Notes: generated by a model from the letters alone, not told the origin. A DNA stretch of 64,000 nucleotides from an uncultured Prevotellaceae bacterium (GCA_946185225.1 CAMHIM010000001.1:805-64804), one strand, 5' to 3'. Shown: positions 39,451 to 49,261, counted from the stretch's first letter. A program made the numbers and translations.

Positions 39451-39514
39451 TTTTTTGTCCTCACCATGGCCGGACAGGTGACGCCCGCTGACCGCTGGGA
39501 TGCCTGACCCGCAA
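39451..39514 (+). repeat. 64-bp direct repeat, right copy
   Basis: 62/64 identical to 38603-38666. Confidence 0.95.
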
Positions 39515-39517
39515 ATT

Positions 39518-39620
39518 TTTCCCTCCGTGGGAAACAATCTTTCCCTCCGTGGGAAACAATCTTTCACTCCGTGGGAAACAATCTTTCCCTCCGTGGGAAA
39601 CAATCTTTCCCTCCGGGGGA
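39518..39620. repeat. 22-bp tandem repeat, about 4.6 copies
   Basis: TTTCCCTCCGTGGGAAACAATC units start at 39518, 39540, 39562, 39584 and 39606. Confidence 0.95.
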
Positions 39621-39645
39621 GATTTTTCAAGGGCAGTAGTTTCTC

Positions 39646-41301
39646 TTATTCCACCCTCAGTGTCTGGTCGCAGTAGTCGACGACAGCGGGACGGTGGGTG
39701 ATGAAGATGATGGTCTGGCGGTGCTGCGTCAGCAGGTTCTGGAGCAGCCGGCGTTCGGTGTCGGGGTCCAGGGCACTGGTGGCTTCGTCGAAAATCATGA
39801 CAGGACGGCAGCGCAGCAGGGCACGGGCAATGGTGATGCGCTGGGCCTGCCCCTCGGACAGTCCGCCTCCCTGTTCGGTGCAGGGGGTATCAAGTCCGTG
39901 CTCCAGTTCCATGACGAAGTCGGCACAGGCCGTGTGCAGGGCCTGTCGCATATCGTCGTCCGTAGCCTTTGTGCTGCCCAGCAGCAGGTTCTCGCGGATG
40001 GTCCCGCTGAGCAGGGTGTTGCCTTGTGGCACGTAGACGAAGTTGCAGCGGTGGAGTGGGGTGACGTCTTTCTCCTCTTGTGAGTCGTAGATGGTGACCT
40101 TGCCTTCCGTGGGCCTCACCAGTGCCAGCAGCAGCCGCACGAGGGTGGTCTTGCCTGCTCCCGTCTCACCGAGGATGGCGGTGCAGGTGCCGGGCCGGAA
40201 GTCGAATGTCAGATGGCTGATGATGTTGCGGCTGTCGTCCAGGTAGTGGTAGGAGACGTTGTTCAGCCGTAGTCCGCAGGGAGCAGCCATGACGTCCGGC
40301 TCTCCCTGTTGTTCCTCGGGAGTCTCTTCCAGTTCCATGAGCCGTTCGGCAGCGGTGAGCACGGCGACGAAGGCCGGTGCAAGACGGGTCAGGTCGCGTG
40401 CAGGACCCTGTATGCGATAGACCAGTTGCAGGAAGGCCGTCATGGTGCCGTAGGTGATGGTTCTGTCGTATAGTCGCAGTGCTCCCCAAAGGAAGGCCAC
40501 GAGGAATCCCAGTGAGAAGCCGGTGTTAACGATAAGGTTGGAGGCAACGGAGAACTTGGTCCGCTGCCGGACGTTCTCCCGCAGTTGCGACTGGGTGTTG
40601 TCCAGTTTGCCGAGCATGATGTCCGATGCTTCCATGGTCTTGATGAGCATGCGGTGCTGTACGGTCTCGGTGAGCAGACTCTGTATCTCGCTGTCACTGG
40701 TCCGCACCTGCTTCGACAGCCGGCGCATCTGTGCGACATAGAAGCGGCTGAGCAGGATGAACAGCGGCAGAATGGCAACGATGACGACGGCAAGCCACGT
40801 GTCTTGCTGCAGGAGGTAGAGGAACGCACCGAGGAACATGGCCGTGGTGGAGAGCGTGTTGGGCAGTGTTTCGGTAAGGAATGTCACAACGGTCTGCACG
40901 TCCTGTTCCAGTCGGTTGATGATGTCGCCGCTGTGGTAAGTCTCCCGTCCGCGCCACTCTGAGCGTAGCAGTCGGTCCAGCATCTGCTGCTGCATGCGGT
41001 TCTGGGCCTTCACGCCCAGGATGTTCTTAATCCATACCCGTGTGATGTTCAGTGCGAAGTCTGCCGCAATGAGCATCGCCATGAGCCCTACGGCGGTGTA
41101 GACTGACCCGCTGCGGTCGTGCGTGGCGGTGTCTATGGCGTTCTGCATGGCCCATACGGACAGCAGACTGACGGCAACGCCGGCCAGCCCGACCGCCACG
41201 TTCAGCGTAGCCTGGAGACGGTTGCCCCGCCAGGCTGTCCATAGCCATCGGGCCATCACCTTGACGGTATACTTGTGGTTGGGTATGTTGAGAAGTTGCA
41301 T
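39646..41301 (-). CDS. ABC transporter fused permease/ATP-binding protein
   Basis: Six-TM N-terminal half; GETGAGKTT, YVPQ, LSEGQAQR, FDEATSALD and ITH. Confidence 0.93.
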   Translation of the reverse strand: MQLLNIPNHKYTVKVMARWLWTAWRGNRLQATLNVAVGLAGVAVSLLSVWAMQNAIDTATHDRSGSVYTAVGLMAMLIAADFALNITRVWIKNILGVKAQNRMQQQMLDRLLRSEWRGRETYHSGDIINRLEQDVQTVVTFLTETLPNTLSTTAMFLGAFLYLLQQDTWLAVVIVAILPLFILLSRFYVAQMRRLSKQVRTSDSEIQSLLTETVQHRMLIKTMEASDIMLGKLDNTQSQLRENVRQRTKFSVASNLIVNTGFSLGFLVAFLWGALRLYDRTITYGTMTAFLQLVYRIQGPARDLTRLAPAFVAVLTAAERLMELEETPEEQQGEPDVMAAPCGLRLNNVSYHYLDDSRNIISHLTFDFRPGTCTAILGETGAGKTTLVRLLLALVRPTEGKVTIYDSQEEKDVTPLHRCNFVYVPQGNTLLSGTIRENLLLGSTKATDDDMRQALHTACADFVMELEHGLDTPCTEQGGGLSEGQAQRITIARALLRCRPVMIFDEATSALDPDTERRLLQNLLTQHRQTIIFITHRPAVVDYCDQTLRVE

Positions 41302-41323
41302 CACGCTGTGGACAGAGGTGTTT

Positions 41324-42208
41324 CTATCTGATGTCGGCTCCCCACATCATCTTCTCCCGAAGGGTGGCGAAGTAGTGGGTGCCGGGACGTTTGACGACCT
41401 TGATGGTATAGGGTGCCCTTGACAGCCGTAGCGTCGTTCCTTCTGGCAGACTGCCACTGCGGCCGTCGATGGCTACGAGGAAGGTGTGGCTGCGGCTGCT
41501 GACGGTCAGTTCTATCTGTGCCGTGTCAGGGATGACGATGGGACGTACGTTCAGCGAGTGCGGTGCTACGGCAGTCATCAGCAGCACCCCGGTACGTGGG
41601 ACGATGATGGGGCCGCCGTTACTGAGCGAGTAGGCTGTCGAGCCTGTGGGTGTGGAGACGATAAGACCGTCGGCCTGGTAGGTTGTGAGGAATTCCCCGT
41701 TGATGCTGGCCCGGATGCTAATCATCGATGCTGTGTCGCGTTTCAGGATGGACACATCGTTCAGGGCGCACTCGTAGCCATTGATGGGCTCGCCGTTGGT
41801 CTCCACGTGGATGAGCGCACGCTCTTCCACCGAGTAGCTTCCTTGGTAAAGGGAGTCAATGCATGTGTCAATGTCTTTCGGCGTCACGTCGGCCAGGAAT
41901 CCCAGCCTTCCCATGTGTACGCCCAGGATGGGCACTTGCTTGTCGCGGATGCGGCTGGCCGTCTTCAGCAGCGTGCCGTCGCCCCCCATGGAGACGGCGA
42001 AGTCAGCCTGGAAGTCGTTGCCGGCGAAGGTCGTGGCGTCGTCTTGGCTGATGAGTCCTTCGCAGAGCAGGAAGTCATGGTACTCCTGGTCAATGAGTAT
42101 CTGTGCTCCGTGGGAGTGCAGCGTTTGCAGCACCTGGCCGATGGCGGCAGACTTGGACTGCTGGTAGGCATTGCCGAAAAGTGCAAAAGTCAGTGTGGTG
42201 GAAGGCAT
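41324..42208 (-). CDS. nadK: NAD kinase
   Basis: GGDGTLL, GRLGFL, ALND and DGLIVSTPTGSTAYSLSNGGP; likely start 42208 (the track's extension overlaps the DJ-1 gene). Confidence 0.95.
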   Translation of the reverse strand: MPSTTLTFALFGNAYQQSKSAAIGQVLQTLHSHGAQILIDQEYHDFLLCEGLISQDDATTFAGNDFQADFAVSMGGDGTLLKTASRIRDKQVPILGVHMGRLGFLADVTPKDIDTCIDSLYQGSYSVEERALIHVETNGEPINGYECALNDVSILKRDTASMISIRASINGEFLTTYQADGLIVSTPTGSTAYSLSNGGPIIVPRTGVLLMTAVAPHSLNVRPIVIPDTAQIELTVSSRSHTFLVAIDGRSGSLPEGTTLRLSRAPYTIKVVKRPGTHYFATLREKMMWGADIR

Positions 42209-42247
42209 ATTTTTCTCTGTTTCTTTCGTGGTTATGCAAACATTTTG

Positions 42248-42280
42248 TAAATTTGCGCTGTGATTACAATTGCAAAAGTA
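42248..42280. promoter_or_regulatory. Face-to-face promoters (DJ-1 operon / nadK)
   Basis: Plus-strand TAAATTTG at 42248-42255; minus-strand TACTTTTG at 42280-42273. Confidence 0.5.
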
Positions 42281-42311
42281 CAAATAATAATTCAAATAGC
42301 AGAAAAAGAAT

Positions 42312-42872
42312 ATGGCAAAAGTGTATGTTTTTCTTGCCAACGGCTTTGAAGATGTCGAAGCGTTGATTCCTGTCGACGTGTTGCGTCGCGGTGGTGTTGA
42401 GGTGGAAACGGTCAGTGTAACAGGCTCATTGATGGTGGAATCGTCCCATCGGGTGAAGATGATGGCCGACGTCCTGTTCGAGGATGTCGACTTCAGCGAT
42501 GCCGACCTGTTGGTGTTGCCCGGTGGCATGCCCGGCGCCAGCAACCTGAACAGCCATGAGGGTGTTCGCCAAGCCTTGCTTGCCCAGTACCAGTCGGGTC
42601 GCCTCGTTGCCGCCATTTGTGCCGCTCCGCTGGTTCTCGGTGGACTGGGTCTGCTTCGTGGCCGTCGTGCCACGTGTTATCCGGGCTTCGAGCAGACGCT
42701 GGCCGGTGCAGTCTATACTGCCGAACTGTGTACTGTCGACGGTAACGTCACCACTGGCGAGGGCCCTGCGGCAGCCTTCCCCTTTGCCTATTCCCTGCTG
42801 GCACAGCTGACTGACGAGGAAACGTCCGCTCAGGTGGCCGAGGGCATGCGCTATAAACACCTCATGGCATAA
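42312..42872 (+). CDS. DJ-1/ThiJ/YajL family glyoxalase
   Basis: [28 protein letters not shown] and ATCYPGFE. Confidence 0.93.
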   Translation: MAKVYVFLANGFEDVEALIPVDVLRRGGVEVETVSVTGSLMVESSHRVKMMADVLFEDVDFSDADLLVLPGGMPGASNLNSHEGVRQALLAQYQSGRLVAAICAAPLVLGGLGLLRGRRATCYPGFEQTLAGAVYTAELCTVDGNVTTGEGPAAAFPFAYSLLAQLTDEETSAQVAEGMRYKHLMA

Positions 42873-42880
42873 GGAGCGTA

Positions 42881-43558
42881 ATGGCAGACTATGTAATCAT
42901 TGTTGCAGGCGGCAAGGGGCTGCGGATGGGCAGTGACATCCCCAAGCAATTCCTGCCTGTCGCGGGGAAGCCGGTACTGATGCGGACGCTGGAACGTTTC
43001 CGCGAGTACTCCTCCGCACTGCAAATCATCCTTGTCCTTCCCAAGTCACAACAGGACTATTGGAAAGAGCTGTGTGCACAGTACCACTTCGACGTGGAAT
43101 ACCTGCTGGCCGACGGCGGCGAGACACGCTTCCACAGCGTGCAGCACGGCCTGGCCTTGATTCCCGACGATGCAGAGGGTATTGTCGGCGTGCATGACGG
43201 CGTGCGCCCCTTCCCCGGTCTTGACGTCATCCGTAACTGCTATGAGACCGCCCGTGAGAAGAAGGCGGTCATCCCCGTTGTCCCTGTCGTGGAGACGGTG
43301 CGCCGCATTGTTGCGGCGGACGGGCGTTCGGCAACCGTTCCCCGCAACGAGTACCGCCTGGTGCAGACACCGCAGACCTTCGACATCCGGCTGCTCAAGG
43401 CTGCCAACCGCCAGCCCTATAACGCCGGGTTTACCGACGATGCCAGCGTCGTCGAAGCCTACGGCCACACCATCACCCTTGTTGACGGCAACCGTGAGAA
43501 CATCAAGATTACGACGCCCTTCGACATGAAGATGGCAGAATCATTAGTCAACAAATAG
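42881..43558 (+). CDS. ispD: 2-C-methyl-D-erythritol 4-phosphate cytidylyltransferase
   Basis: [40 protein letters not shown] and NIKITTP. Confidence 0.95.
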   Translation: MADYVIIVAGGKGLRMGSDIPKQFLPVAGKPVLMRTLERFREYSSALQIILVLPKSQQDYWKELCAQYHFDVEYLLADGGETRFHSVQHGLALIPDDAEGIVGVHDGVRPFPGLDVIRNCYETAREKKAVIPVVPVVETVRRIVAADGRSATVPRNEYRLVQTPQTFDIRLLKAANRQPYNAGFTDDASVVEAYGHTITLVDGNRENIKITTPFDMKMAESLVNK

Positions 43559-43583
43559 TATAAACCATTCAAATCATCCAGTT

Positions 43584-44165
43584 ATGTTAGTATTCGGAAT
43601 CATCATTGTATTGGTAGTTCTCGTTCTGGGCTATTTTGTCTCAACCCAGCGTGCGCTGGTCAGTCAGGACGAAATGTGCAGGAACGCCCTTAGTCAGATA
43701 GAAGTGCAGCTTAACTCCCGTTTCGATGCCGTAGTAGCACTGGCTAAGACCGCAGCCAAGTATGCGGAGCACGAGTCGGAAACCATCATCAAAACCATCC
43801 AGGCGCGCGGCGGCAATGCCAGCGGTGCCCAGCCGGGAACGACCGATGTCGCTGCCCTGAACGGACAGGCTGACTTGCTGGGACAGATGCTGGGTAGGCT
43901 GAACGTTATCTTCGAGCGCTACCCGGAGCTGAAGGCCAGCGAACTCTACCGCGAGGCACAGCAGGGGCAGAAGGAGTACGAGGAGAACGTGCGTCTCTCG
44001 CGTATGGTCTACAACGATACTGCTACGAAGATGAACCGTATGGTACGCCAGTGGCCCTCAAGCATTGTTGCCTCCATGCTCCGCTTCGACCAGAAGGAGT
44101 ATCTGAAAGTTGACGACGAGAAGAAGAAAGCCTATCCCAACCTTGACGATGCCTTTAAGAAGTAA
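43584..44165 (+). CDS. lemA: LemA family protein
   Basis: N-terminal TM helix; SQIEVQLNSRFD; YAEHE; ERYPELKA; R..YND; WPSSIVA. Confidence 0.9.
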   Translation: MLVFGIIIVLVVLVLGYFVSTQRALVSQDEMCRNALSQIEVQLNSRFDAVVALAKTAAKYAEHESETIIKTIQARGGNASGAQPGTTDVAALNGQADLLGQMLGRLNVIFERYPELKASELYREAQQGQKEYEENVRLSRMVYNDTATKMNRMVRQWPSSIVASMLRFDQKEYLKVDDEKKKAYPNLDDAFKK

Positions 44166-45795
44166 ACTGCTGACGCTGATGCTGCTGGCATCGGTGTCAG
44201 TGGTCCTTGCACGTCCTCAGTTGCACGACCTCGACATCCGCGTGGTGCTGGGCACGAATGGTGACGCCCGCATCACGGAGACCCGGAGAATGACCATCGA
44301 CGGCGAGGGGACTGAGTGTTATATCGGGCTGGCCAACATGGGCCCCAGCACCATTACCGACCTCTCCGTCAGTGACGAGACGGGACTCCGGTTCGAGAAT
44401 GTCGGAGACTGGGACGTGGACCGTAGCCGTGACTGGAAGACAGGCCGGTGCGGTATCGTGACCACCCGCAACGGCTATGAGCTCTGCTGGGGACTCGGTG
44501 CCGAGGGCGAGAGGACCTACGTCACCAGCTATACGATGACGGGTATGGTGCGCGCCTATCCTGACGCTGATGCCCTGCGCCACGTTTTCCTCGACAGCAG
44601 CGTGTCGCCCAAGCCGGAACATGCCCGCGTGCTGCTGGTGGCCGGGGACTCCACGCTGCTCTTCACTCCCGACTCCTGCGGCATATGGGGATTCCGCTTC
44701 AACGGAGAACTCTCGTTTCAGGACGGCCGTATGGTGGCTGAGACCACGGAAGCCATGAACAGCGAGGCCGCTCTTTACATCATGGCAAAGTTTCCTAAGG
44801 GCATGTTTGCCCCTTCCGTCCAGGACGAGGGAACTTTTGAGGAGAAGCGCCAGCAGGCCTTCGAGGGCAGCGACTATGACAGCGGCGACGATGTGGACTA
44901 CAGTGACCCGGAGACCTTCTTCGGTATTCTCTACGTCCTGGCCATCTTCCTGGCACCAGCCGTCAGTAGCATCTGGTACTTCGTCTACGTATGGCGTGCG
45001 CGGCGCAGGGTGAACAAGAACCTGCAGTGGTATCGCGACATACCGCTGAAGGGCGATCTGCAGGAGGCCAACAATGTGCTGAATGCCTATAAGTACGGCC
45101 AGCCTGACTATAACAACCTGCTCTCGGCCTGTATCCTGAAGCTTGTCAGCATGGAGGCCATCACCATTGAGAGGTGTCCCGACAGTAAGGGCAGACTAAG
45201 GCAGAACTTCGTGATACACGAGCTGAAGGACGTGGACCGGCAACCCGTGCTGATGCGCCAGATACACAATATCTTCAGGATGGCCGCCGGCAACGATACG
45301 GTGCTGGAGCCGCAGGAGCTGAAGACGTTTATGAAGAGCACCTACAACGAGAGCATCACCGACTCGTTTCTCAACACGCTGCACGCCAAGACTTCGATTT
45401 CGCAATACAAGAACCGCGAGGGTGAGGTGCGGCAGGTGCTCGGACTGCAGAAGTTCCTGAAGGAGTTCACCCTGATGGACGAGCGCCATCTCAGCGAGGT
45501 GCAGCTGTGGAAGGACTATATGGTCTACGCCACGCTGTTTGGCATCGCCGACCAGGTCATCCGGGAGATGAAGAAGGTCAATCCCGAGTACTTCAACATG
45601 GACCAGGTGGCCGGGCAGATGGCCAACGACATGACACTGCCCACCATCTATTCGGTGATGCGTAACAGCACGGCCCGTGCTGCCATGAGCAAGGCTTCCC
45701 GCGAGGCACGGGCCCACGGCGGTGGCGGTCACTCCTCCTGGCACGGCGGCGGTGGCGGCTTCTCCGGCGGTGGCGGCGGAGGCGGTGTCAGGTAA
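44149..45795 (+). CDS. DUF2207 family membrane protein
   Basis: Signal peptide, one TM helix, WKDYMVYATLFG and a Gly-rich tail GGGGFSGGGGGGG; follows lemA. Confidence 0.85.
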   Translation: MPLRSKLLTLMLLASVSVVLARPQLHDLDIRVVLGTNGDARITETRRMTIDGEGTECYIGLANMGPSTITDLSVSDETGLRFENVGDWDVDRSRDWKTGRCGIVTTRNGYELCWGLGAEGERTYVTSYTMTGMVRAYPDADALRHVFLDSSVSPKPEHARVLLVAGDSTLLFTPDSCGIWGFRFNGELSFQDGRMVAETTEAMNSEAALYIMAKFPKGMFAPSVQDEGTFEEKRQQAFEGSDYDSGDDVDYSDPETFFGILYVLAIFLAPAVSSIWYFVYVWRARRRVNKNLQWYRDIPLKGDLQEANNVLNAYKYGQPDYNNLLSACILKLVSMEAITIERCPDSKGRLRQNFVIHELKDVDRQPVLMRQIHNIFRMAAGNDTVLEPQELKTFMKSTYNESITDSFLNTLHAKTSISQYKNREGEVRQVLGLQKFLKEFTLMDERHLSEVQLWKDYMVYATLFGIADQVIREMKKVNPEYFNMDQVAGQMANDMTLPTIYSVMRNSTARAAMSKASREARAHGGGGHSSWHGGGGGFSGGGGGGGVR

Positions 45796-45818
45796 AGAGC
45801 AGCAAGAACAGAGACATC

Positions 45819-47918
45819 ATGAACATCCTCGGTCAAGACATCATGTACCTACCGGGCGTCGGCCCCAACCGTAAGAAGATGCTGAGTCAGGAACTCGGCA
45901 TAGAGACTTACGGTGACTTGCTGGAGTACTTTCCTTACAAGCATGTCGACCGCAGCAAGGTGTACAGCATCCGTGAGCTTACGGGTGACATGCCTTTCGT
46001 GCAGGTCGTGGGCCACATCCTGAGTTTCGAGACCTTCCAGATGGGGCCTCGCAAGGAGCGTGTCGTAGCCCATTTCACCGATGGCTCCGGCAGGGTGATG
46101 GATCTGGTGTGGTTTAACGGTGGCAAGTATGCCATGCGGCAGTACAAGGTAGGGCAGCAGTATCTGGTGTTCGGCCGTCCGTCGGTGTTCAACAGCCGCA
46201 TCCAGGTGCAGCACCCCGACATCGACGATGCCGACAAGGTGGACGTGACAGCCATGGGCATGGCTCCTTACTACCATACTACGGAGAAGATGAAGAAGAC
46301 CGGCATGACGTCGCGTGCCGTCGAGCGGCTCGTCAGGACGCTCCTCTCCGTGCTGAAGACACCGTTGCCGGAGACCATTCCTGCCTTCATCAGCGGTCCG
46401 CTGCACCTCATGGAGCGCGACGAGGCCCTGCGGGCCATCCACTTCCCGCAGGATGCCCGCCAGCTGGAGCGGGCTCGTGTGCGCCTGAAGTTCGAGGAGC
46501 TCTTCTTCGTTCAGCTGAACATCCTGCGTTATGCCAGCGACCAGCGCCGGAAGTACCGCGGCTATATCTTCTCGCGGGTAGGCGAGACCTTCAACAACTT
46601 TTACCACAACCATCTCCCCTTCCAGCTTACAGAGGCCCAGAAGCGTGTCATACGTGAGATACGGCGCGACACGTGCAGCGGGAGGCAGATGAACCGTCTG
46701 CTACAGGGTGACGTGGGCTCGGGCAAGACGCTGGTCGCCCTCATGTCCATGCTCATTGCCCTGGACAACGGCTTCCAGGCCTGTATCATGGCTCCGACGG
46801 AAATCCTTGCCGAGCAGCACCTGCAGACCATCCGCGACTTCCTGGGCAACATGCCCGTCCGCGTGGAACTGCTGACGGGTGTCGTGAAGGGCAGGAAGCG
46901 GCAGCAGGTACTTGACGGTCTGCTCACCGGCGAGGTGCAGATTCTCGTAGGTACCCATGCCGTCATCGAGGACACCGTCCAGTTCAGCCGTCTCGGCATG
47001 GTGGTGGTTGACGAGCAGCACCGCTTCGGTGTCGCCCAGCGTGCCAAGCTGTGGGCCAAGAGCGAGAACCCGCCCCACGTCCTCGTCATGACGGCGACGC
47101 CCATTCCCCGTACGCTGGCCATGACGCTCTACGGCGACCTGGACGTCAGCGTTATCGACGAGCTGCCGCCCGGCCGTAAGCCTGTGCAGACTACTCATGT
47201 CTACGACAACCGCATGGTGTCGCTCTACGACGGCATCCGCCAGCAGATACGCCAGGGCCGGCAGGTGTACATCGTCTTTCCGCTCATTGAGGAGAGTGCC
47301 AAGATGGACCTGAAGAACCTGGAGGATGGGTTTGCTACGCTGCGTCAGGTGTTCCCGGAGTTCCGGATGAGCAAGGTCCACGGCCGCATGAAACCTTCCG
47401 AGAAGGAGCAGGAGATGCAGCGCTTCGTCAGCGGCGAGACGCAGATACTGGTGGCCACGACCGTCATTGAGGTGGGCGTCAACGTGCCCAACGCCTCGGT
47501 CATGGTCATCCTCGACGCCCAGCGCTTCGGGCTCAGCCAGCTTCACCAGCTGCGCGGCAGGGTAGGGCGCGGAGCTGACCAGAGCTACTGCATCCTGGTC
47601 ACCACCTATAAGCTGAGCGAGGATACGCGCAAGCGCATTGACATCATGTGCGAGACCAACGACGGCTTCCGCATTGCCGAGGCCGACCTGAAGCTGCGCG
47701 GACCCGGCGACCTCGAGGGCACCCAGCAGAGCGGCATGGCCTTCGACCTGAAGATTGCCGACATTGCCCGTGACGGACAGCTTGTGCAGATGGCCCGCGA
47801 CGAGGCCCAGCGTGTCATTGACGAGGACCCGACGTGCTCGGCAGACAAGTACCGGCTGCTGTGGAACAGGCTGCGTGAACTGAAGAAAACGAACGTTAAC
47901 TGGGGTGCTATCTCCTAA
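45819..47918 (+). CDS. recG: ATP-dependent DNA helicase RecG
   Basis: RLLQGDVGSGKT, DEQHRFG, MTATPIPRT and QLHQLRGRVGRG. Confidence 0.97.
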   Translation: MNILGQDIMYLPGVGPNRKKMLSQELGIETYGDLLEYFPYKHVDRSKVYSIRELTGDMPFVQVVGHILSFETFQMGPRKERVVAHFTDGSGRVMDLVWFNGGKYAMRQYKVGQQYLVFGRPSVFNSRIQVQHPDIDDADKVDVTAMGMAPYYHTTEKMKKTGMTSRAVERLVRTLLSVLKTPLPETIPAFISGPLHLMERDEALRAIHFPQDARQLERARVRLKFEELFFVQLNILRYASDQRRKYRGYIFSRVGETFNNFYHNHLPFQLTEAQKRVIREIRRDTCSGRQMNRLLQGDVGSGKTLVALMSMLIALDNGFQACIMAPTEILAEQHLQTIRDFLGNMPVRVELLTGVVKGRKRQQVLDGLLTGEVQILVGTHAVIEDTVQFSRLGMVVVDEQHRFGVAQRAKLWAKSENPPHVLVMTATPIPRTLAMTLYGDLDVSVIDELPPGRKPVQTTHVYDNRMVSLYDGIRQQIRQGRQVYIVFPLIEESAKMDLKNLEDGFATLRQVFPEFRMSKVHGRMKPSEKEQEMQRFVSGETQILVATTVIEVGVNVPNASVMVILDAQRFGLSQLHQLRGRVGRGADQSYCILVTTYKLSEDTRKRIDIMCETNDGFRIAEADLKLRGPGDLEGTQQSGMAFDLKIADIARDGQLVQMARDEAQRVIDEDPTCSADKYRLLWNRLRELKKTNVNWGAIS

Positions 47919-48035
47919 AAAATACTAAAACATTGTTAAAAGGGTACGGATGACACGTATATTTTTCGTATCTTTGTGCCGTATTTTTGCTTTTGGCAAT
48001 CATTAACCTAACCTCAAACCTGTAATCAAGGAAGC

Positions 48036-48950
48036 ATGAAAAGAATGAAAAAGATATGCTCAATAGCCCTGTTGGCGCTGGCGACCCTCCCCGTGTCGGG
48101 ACAGGACCTGCTGGCCCGTCAGGCACCTATTGACCGCAAGATGAAGGCCGTGGACTCCGTGGCCCTGCACCGCCTGTTGTACATGGAAGAGCTGGAGTCG
48201 CCGGCTGCCGACCTGTACGACGAGTGGGAGAACCTGTATGCCCACCGTGAGACTGCCATGCCCGACTCCTTCCGCATTGACCTGCGCGACTTCTGCATGC
48301 CCACGCCCAGCCGCGTCATCACCAGTAACTTCGGTCCACGCTGGGGACGTCAGCACAAGGGACTGGACGTCAAGGTGTATATCGGCGATACCATCCGTGC
48401 CGCCTTCTCCGGCAAGGTGCGCATCGTGCGTTACGAGGCACGCGGCTATGGCAAGTACGTCGTCATACGACACCACAACGGACTGGAGACCATTTATGGA
48501 CACATGTCGGCACAGCTGGTGAAGGAAGACCAGGAGGTCCGTGCCGGTGACCCCATCGGACTGGGTGGCAACACCGGACGCAGTACCGGTTCGCACCTGC
48601 ACTTCGAGACCCGTCTGTGCGGGGTGGCACTGAACCCTGCCCTGATGTTCGACTTCCGCAACCAGGACGTCACAGCCGACTTCTACACCTATAAGAAGAG
48701 CACCTACAGCAGCGAGTCGGCACAGGCAACCCTTCTGCGCGGCGTCGCCGGAGGCAGCAGCTCCTCTTCATACTCTTCGGCATCAGCCGCTTCCAAGTAC
48801 AGTGCAACGCGTCTGCACAAGGTGCGCAAGGGCGAGACGCTCTCGAGCATTGCCCGCAAGCACGGAACCTCTGTGGCACAGCTGCAGCGCATCAACCATC
48901 TGGGCGGACGGGCGAAGCTGCGTCCGGGACAGATTCTGAAGTACAACTGA
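48036..48950 (+). CDS. M23 peptidase with C-terminal LysM domain
   Basis: HKGLD and GSHLHFETR; HKVRKGETLSSIARKHG; TATCTTTG promoter at 47969. Confidence 0.92.
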   Translation: MKRMKKICSIALLALATLPVSGQDLLARQAPIDRKMKAVDSVALHRLLYMEELESPAADLYDEWENLYAHRETAMPDSFRIDLRDFCMPTPSRVITSNFGPRWGRQHKGLDVKVYIGDTIRAAFSGKVRIVRYEARGYGKYVVIRHHNGLETIYGHMSAQLVKEDQEVRAGDPIGLGGNTGRSTGSHLHFETRLCGVALNPALMFDFRNQDVTADFYTYKKSTYSSESAQATLLRGVAGGSSSSSYSSASAASKYSATRLHKVRKGETLSSIARKHGTSVAQLQRINHLGGRAKLRPGQILKYN

Positions 48951-48954
48951 TTCG

Positions 48955-48990
48955 GAAGTTAAGAAGTTAGGAAGTTAAAGAAGTTAAGAA
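48955..48990. repeat. GAAGTTA(A/G) short tandem repeat
   Basis: GAAGTTA at 48955, 48963, 48971 and 48980. Confidence 0.8.
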
Positions 48991-48996
48991 TAAGTA

Positions 48997-49030
48997 TTCG
49001 GGCGGTCTCACATTGGTGAGGCCGCCCGAA
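48997..49030 (+). terminator. Hairpin, probable terminator of the M23-LysM gene
   Basis: TTCGGGCGGTCTCAC / GTGAGGCCGCCCGAA. Confidence 0.7.
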
Positions 49031-49070
49031 ATGATTTTACATACATTATAATGTAAGGAGATTCAGACTT

Positions 49071-49197
49071 TTGAAAGGTCGGCTTTTGCGGAGTTGAAAA
49101 GCCGACTTTGCGGGGTTGAAAAGCCGACTTTGCGGGGTTGAAAAGCCGACTTTGCAGGGCTGAAAAGCCGACTTTGCGACCCGCAACACGGCACCTT
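49071..49197. repeat. 22-bp tandem repeat (4 conserved and 2 degenerate units)
   Basis: TTGAAAAGCCGACTTTGCGGGG units at 49094, 49116, 49138 and 49160. Confidence 0.95.
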
Positions 49198-49223
49198 ATT
49201 GTTGATCCTACGGGGACCGCACT

Positions 49224-49261
49224 AAAAACGGGCGGCCTCCGTAAGGAGAGACCGCCCGAAT
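49224..49261 (-). terminator. Hairpin, probable terminator of the minus-strand gene
   Basis: CGGGCGGCCTC / GAGACCGCCCG with an A-tract on the plus strand (T-tract on minus). Confidence 0.75.

Noticed and set aside
38603-39514. Calling the cassettes IS elements, integron cassettes or prophage remnants
   Set aside because: No transposase, integrase or terminal inverted repeats were found, no attC-like structure was recognised, and no phage genes are present.
39518-39620. Possible CRISPR array (also 49071-49197)
   Set aside because: Units are contiguous with no unique spacers, and no cas genes are present in the window.
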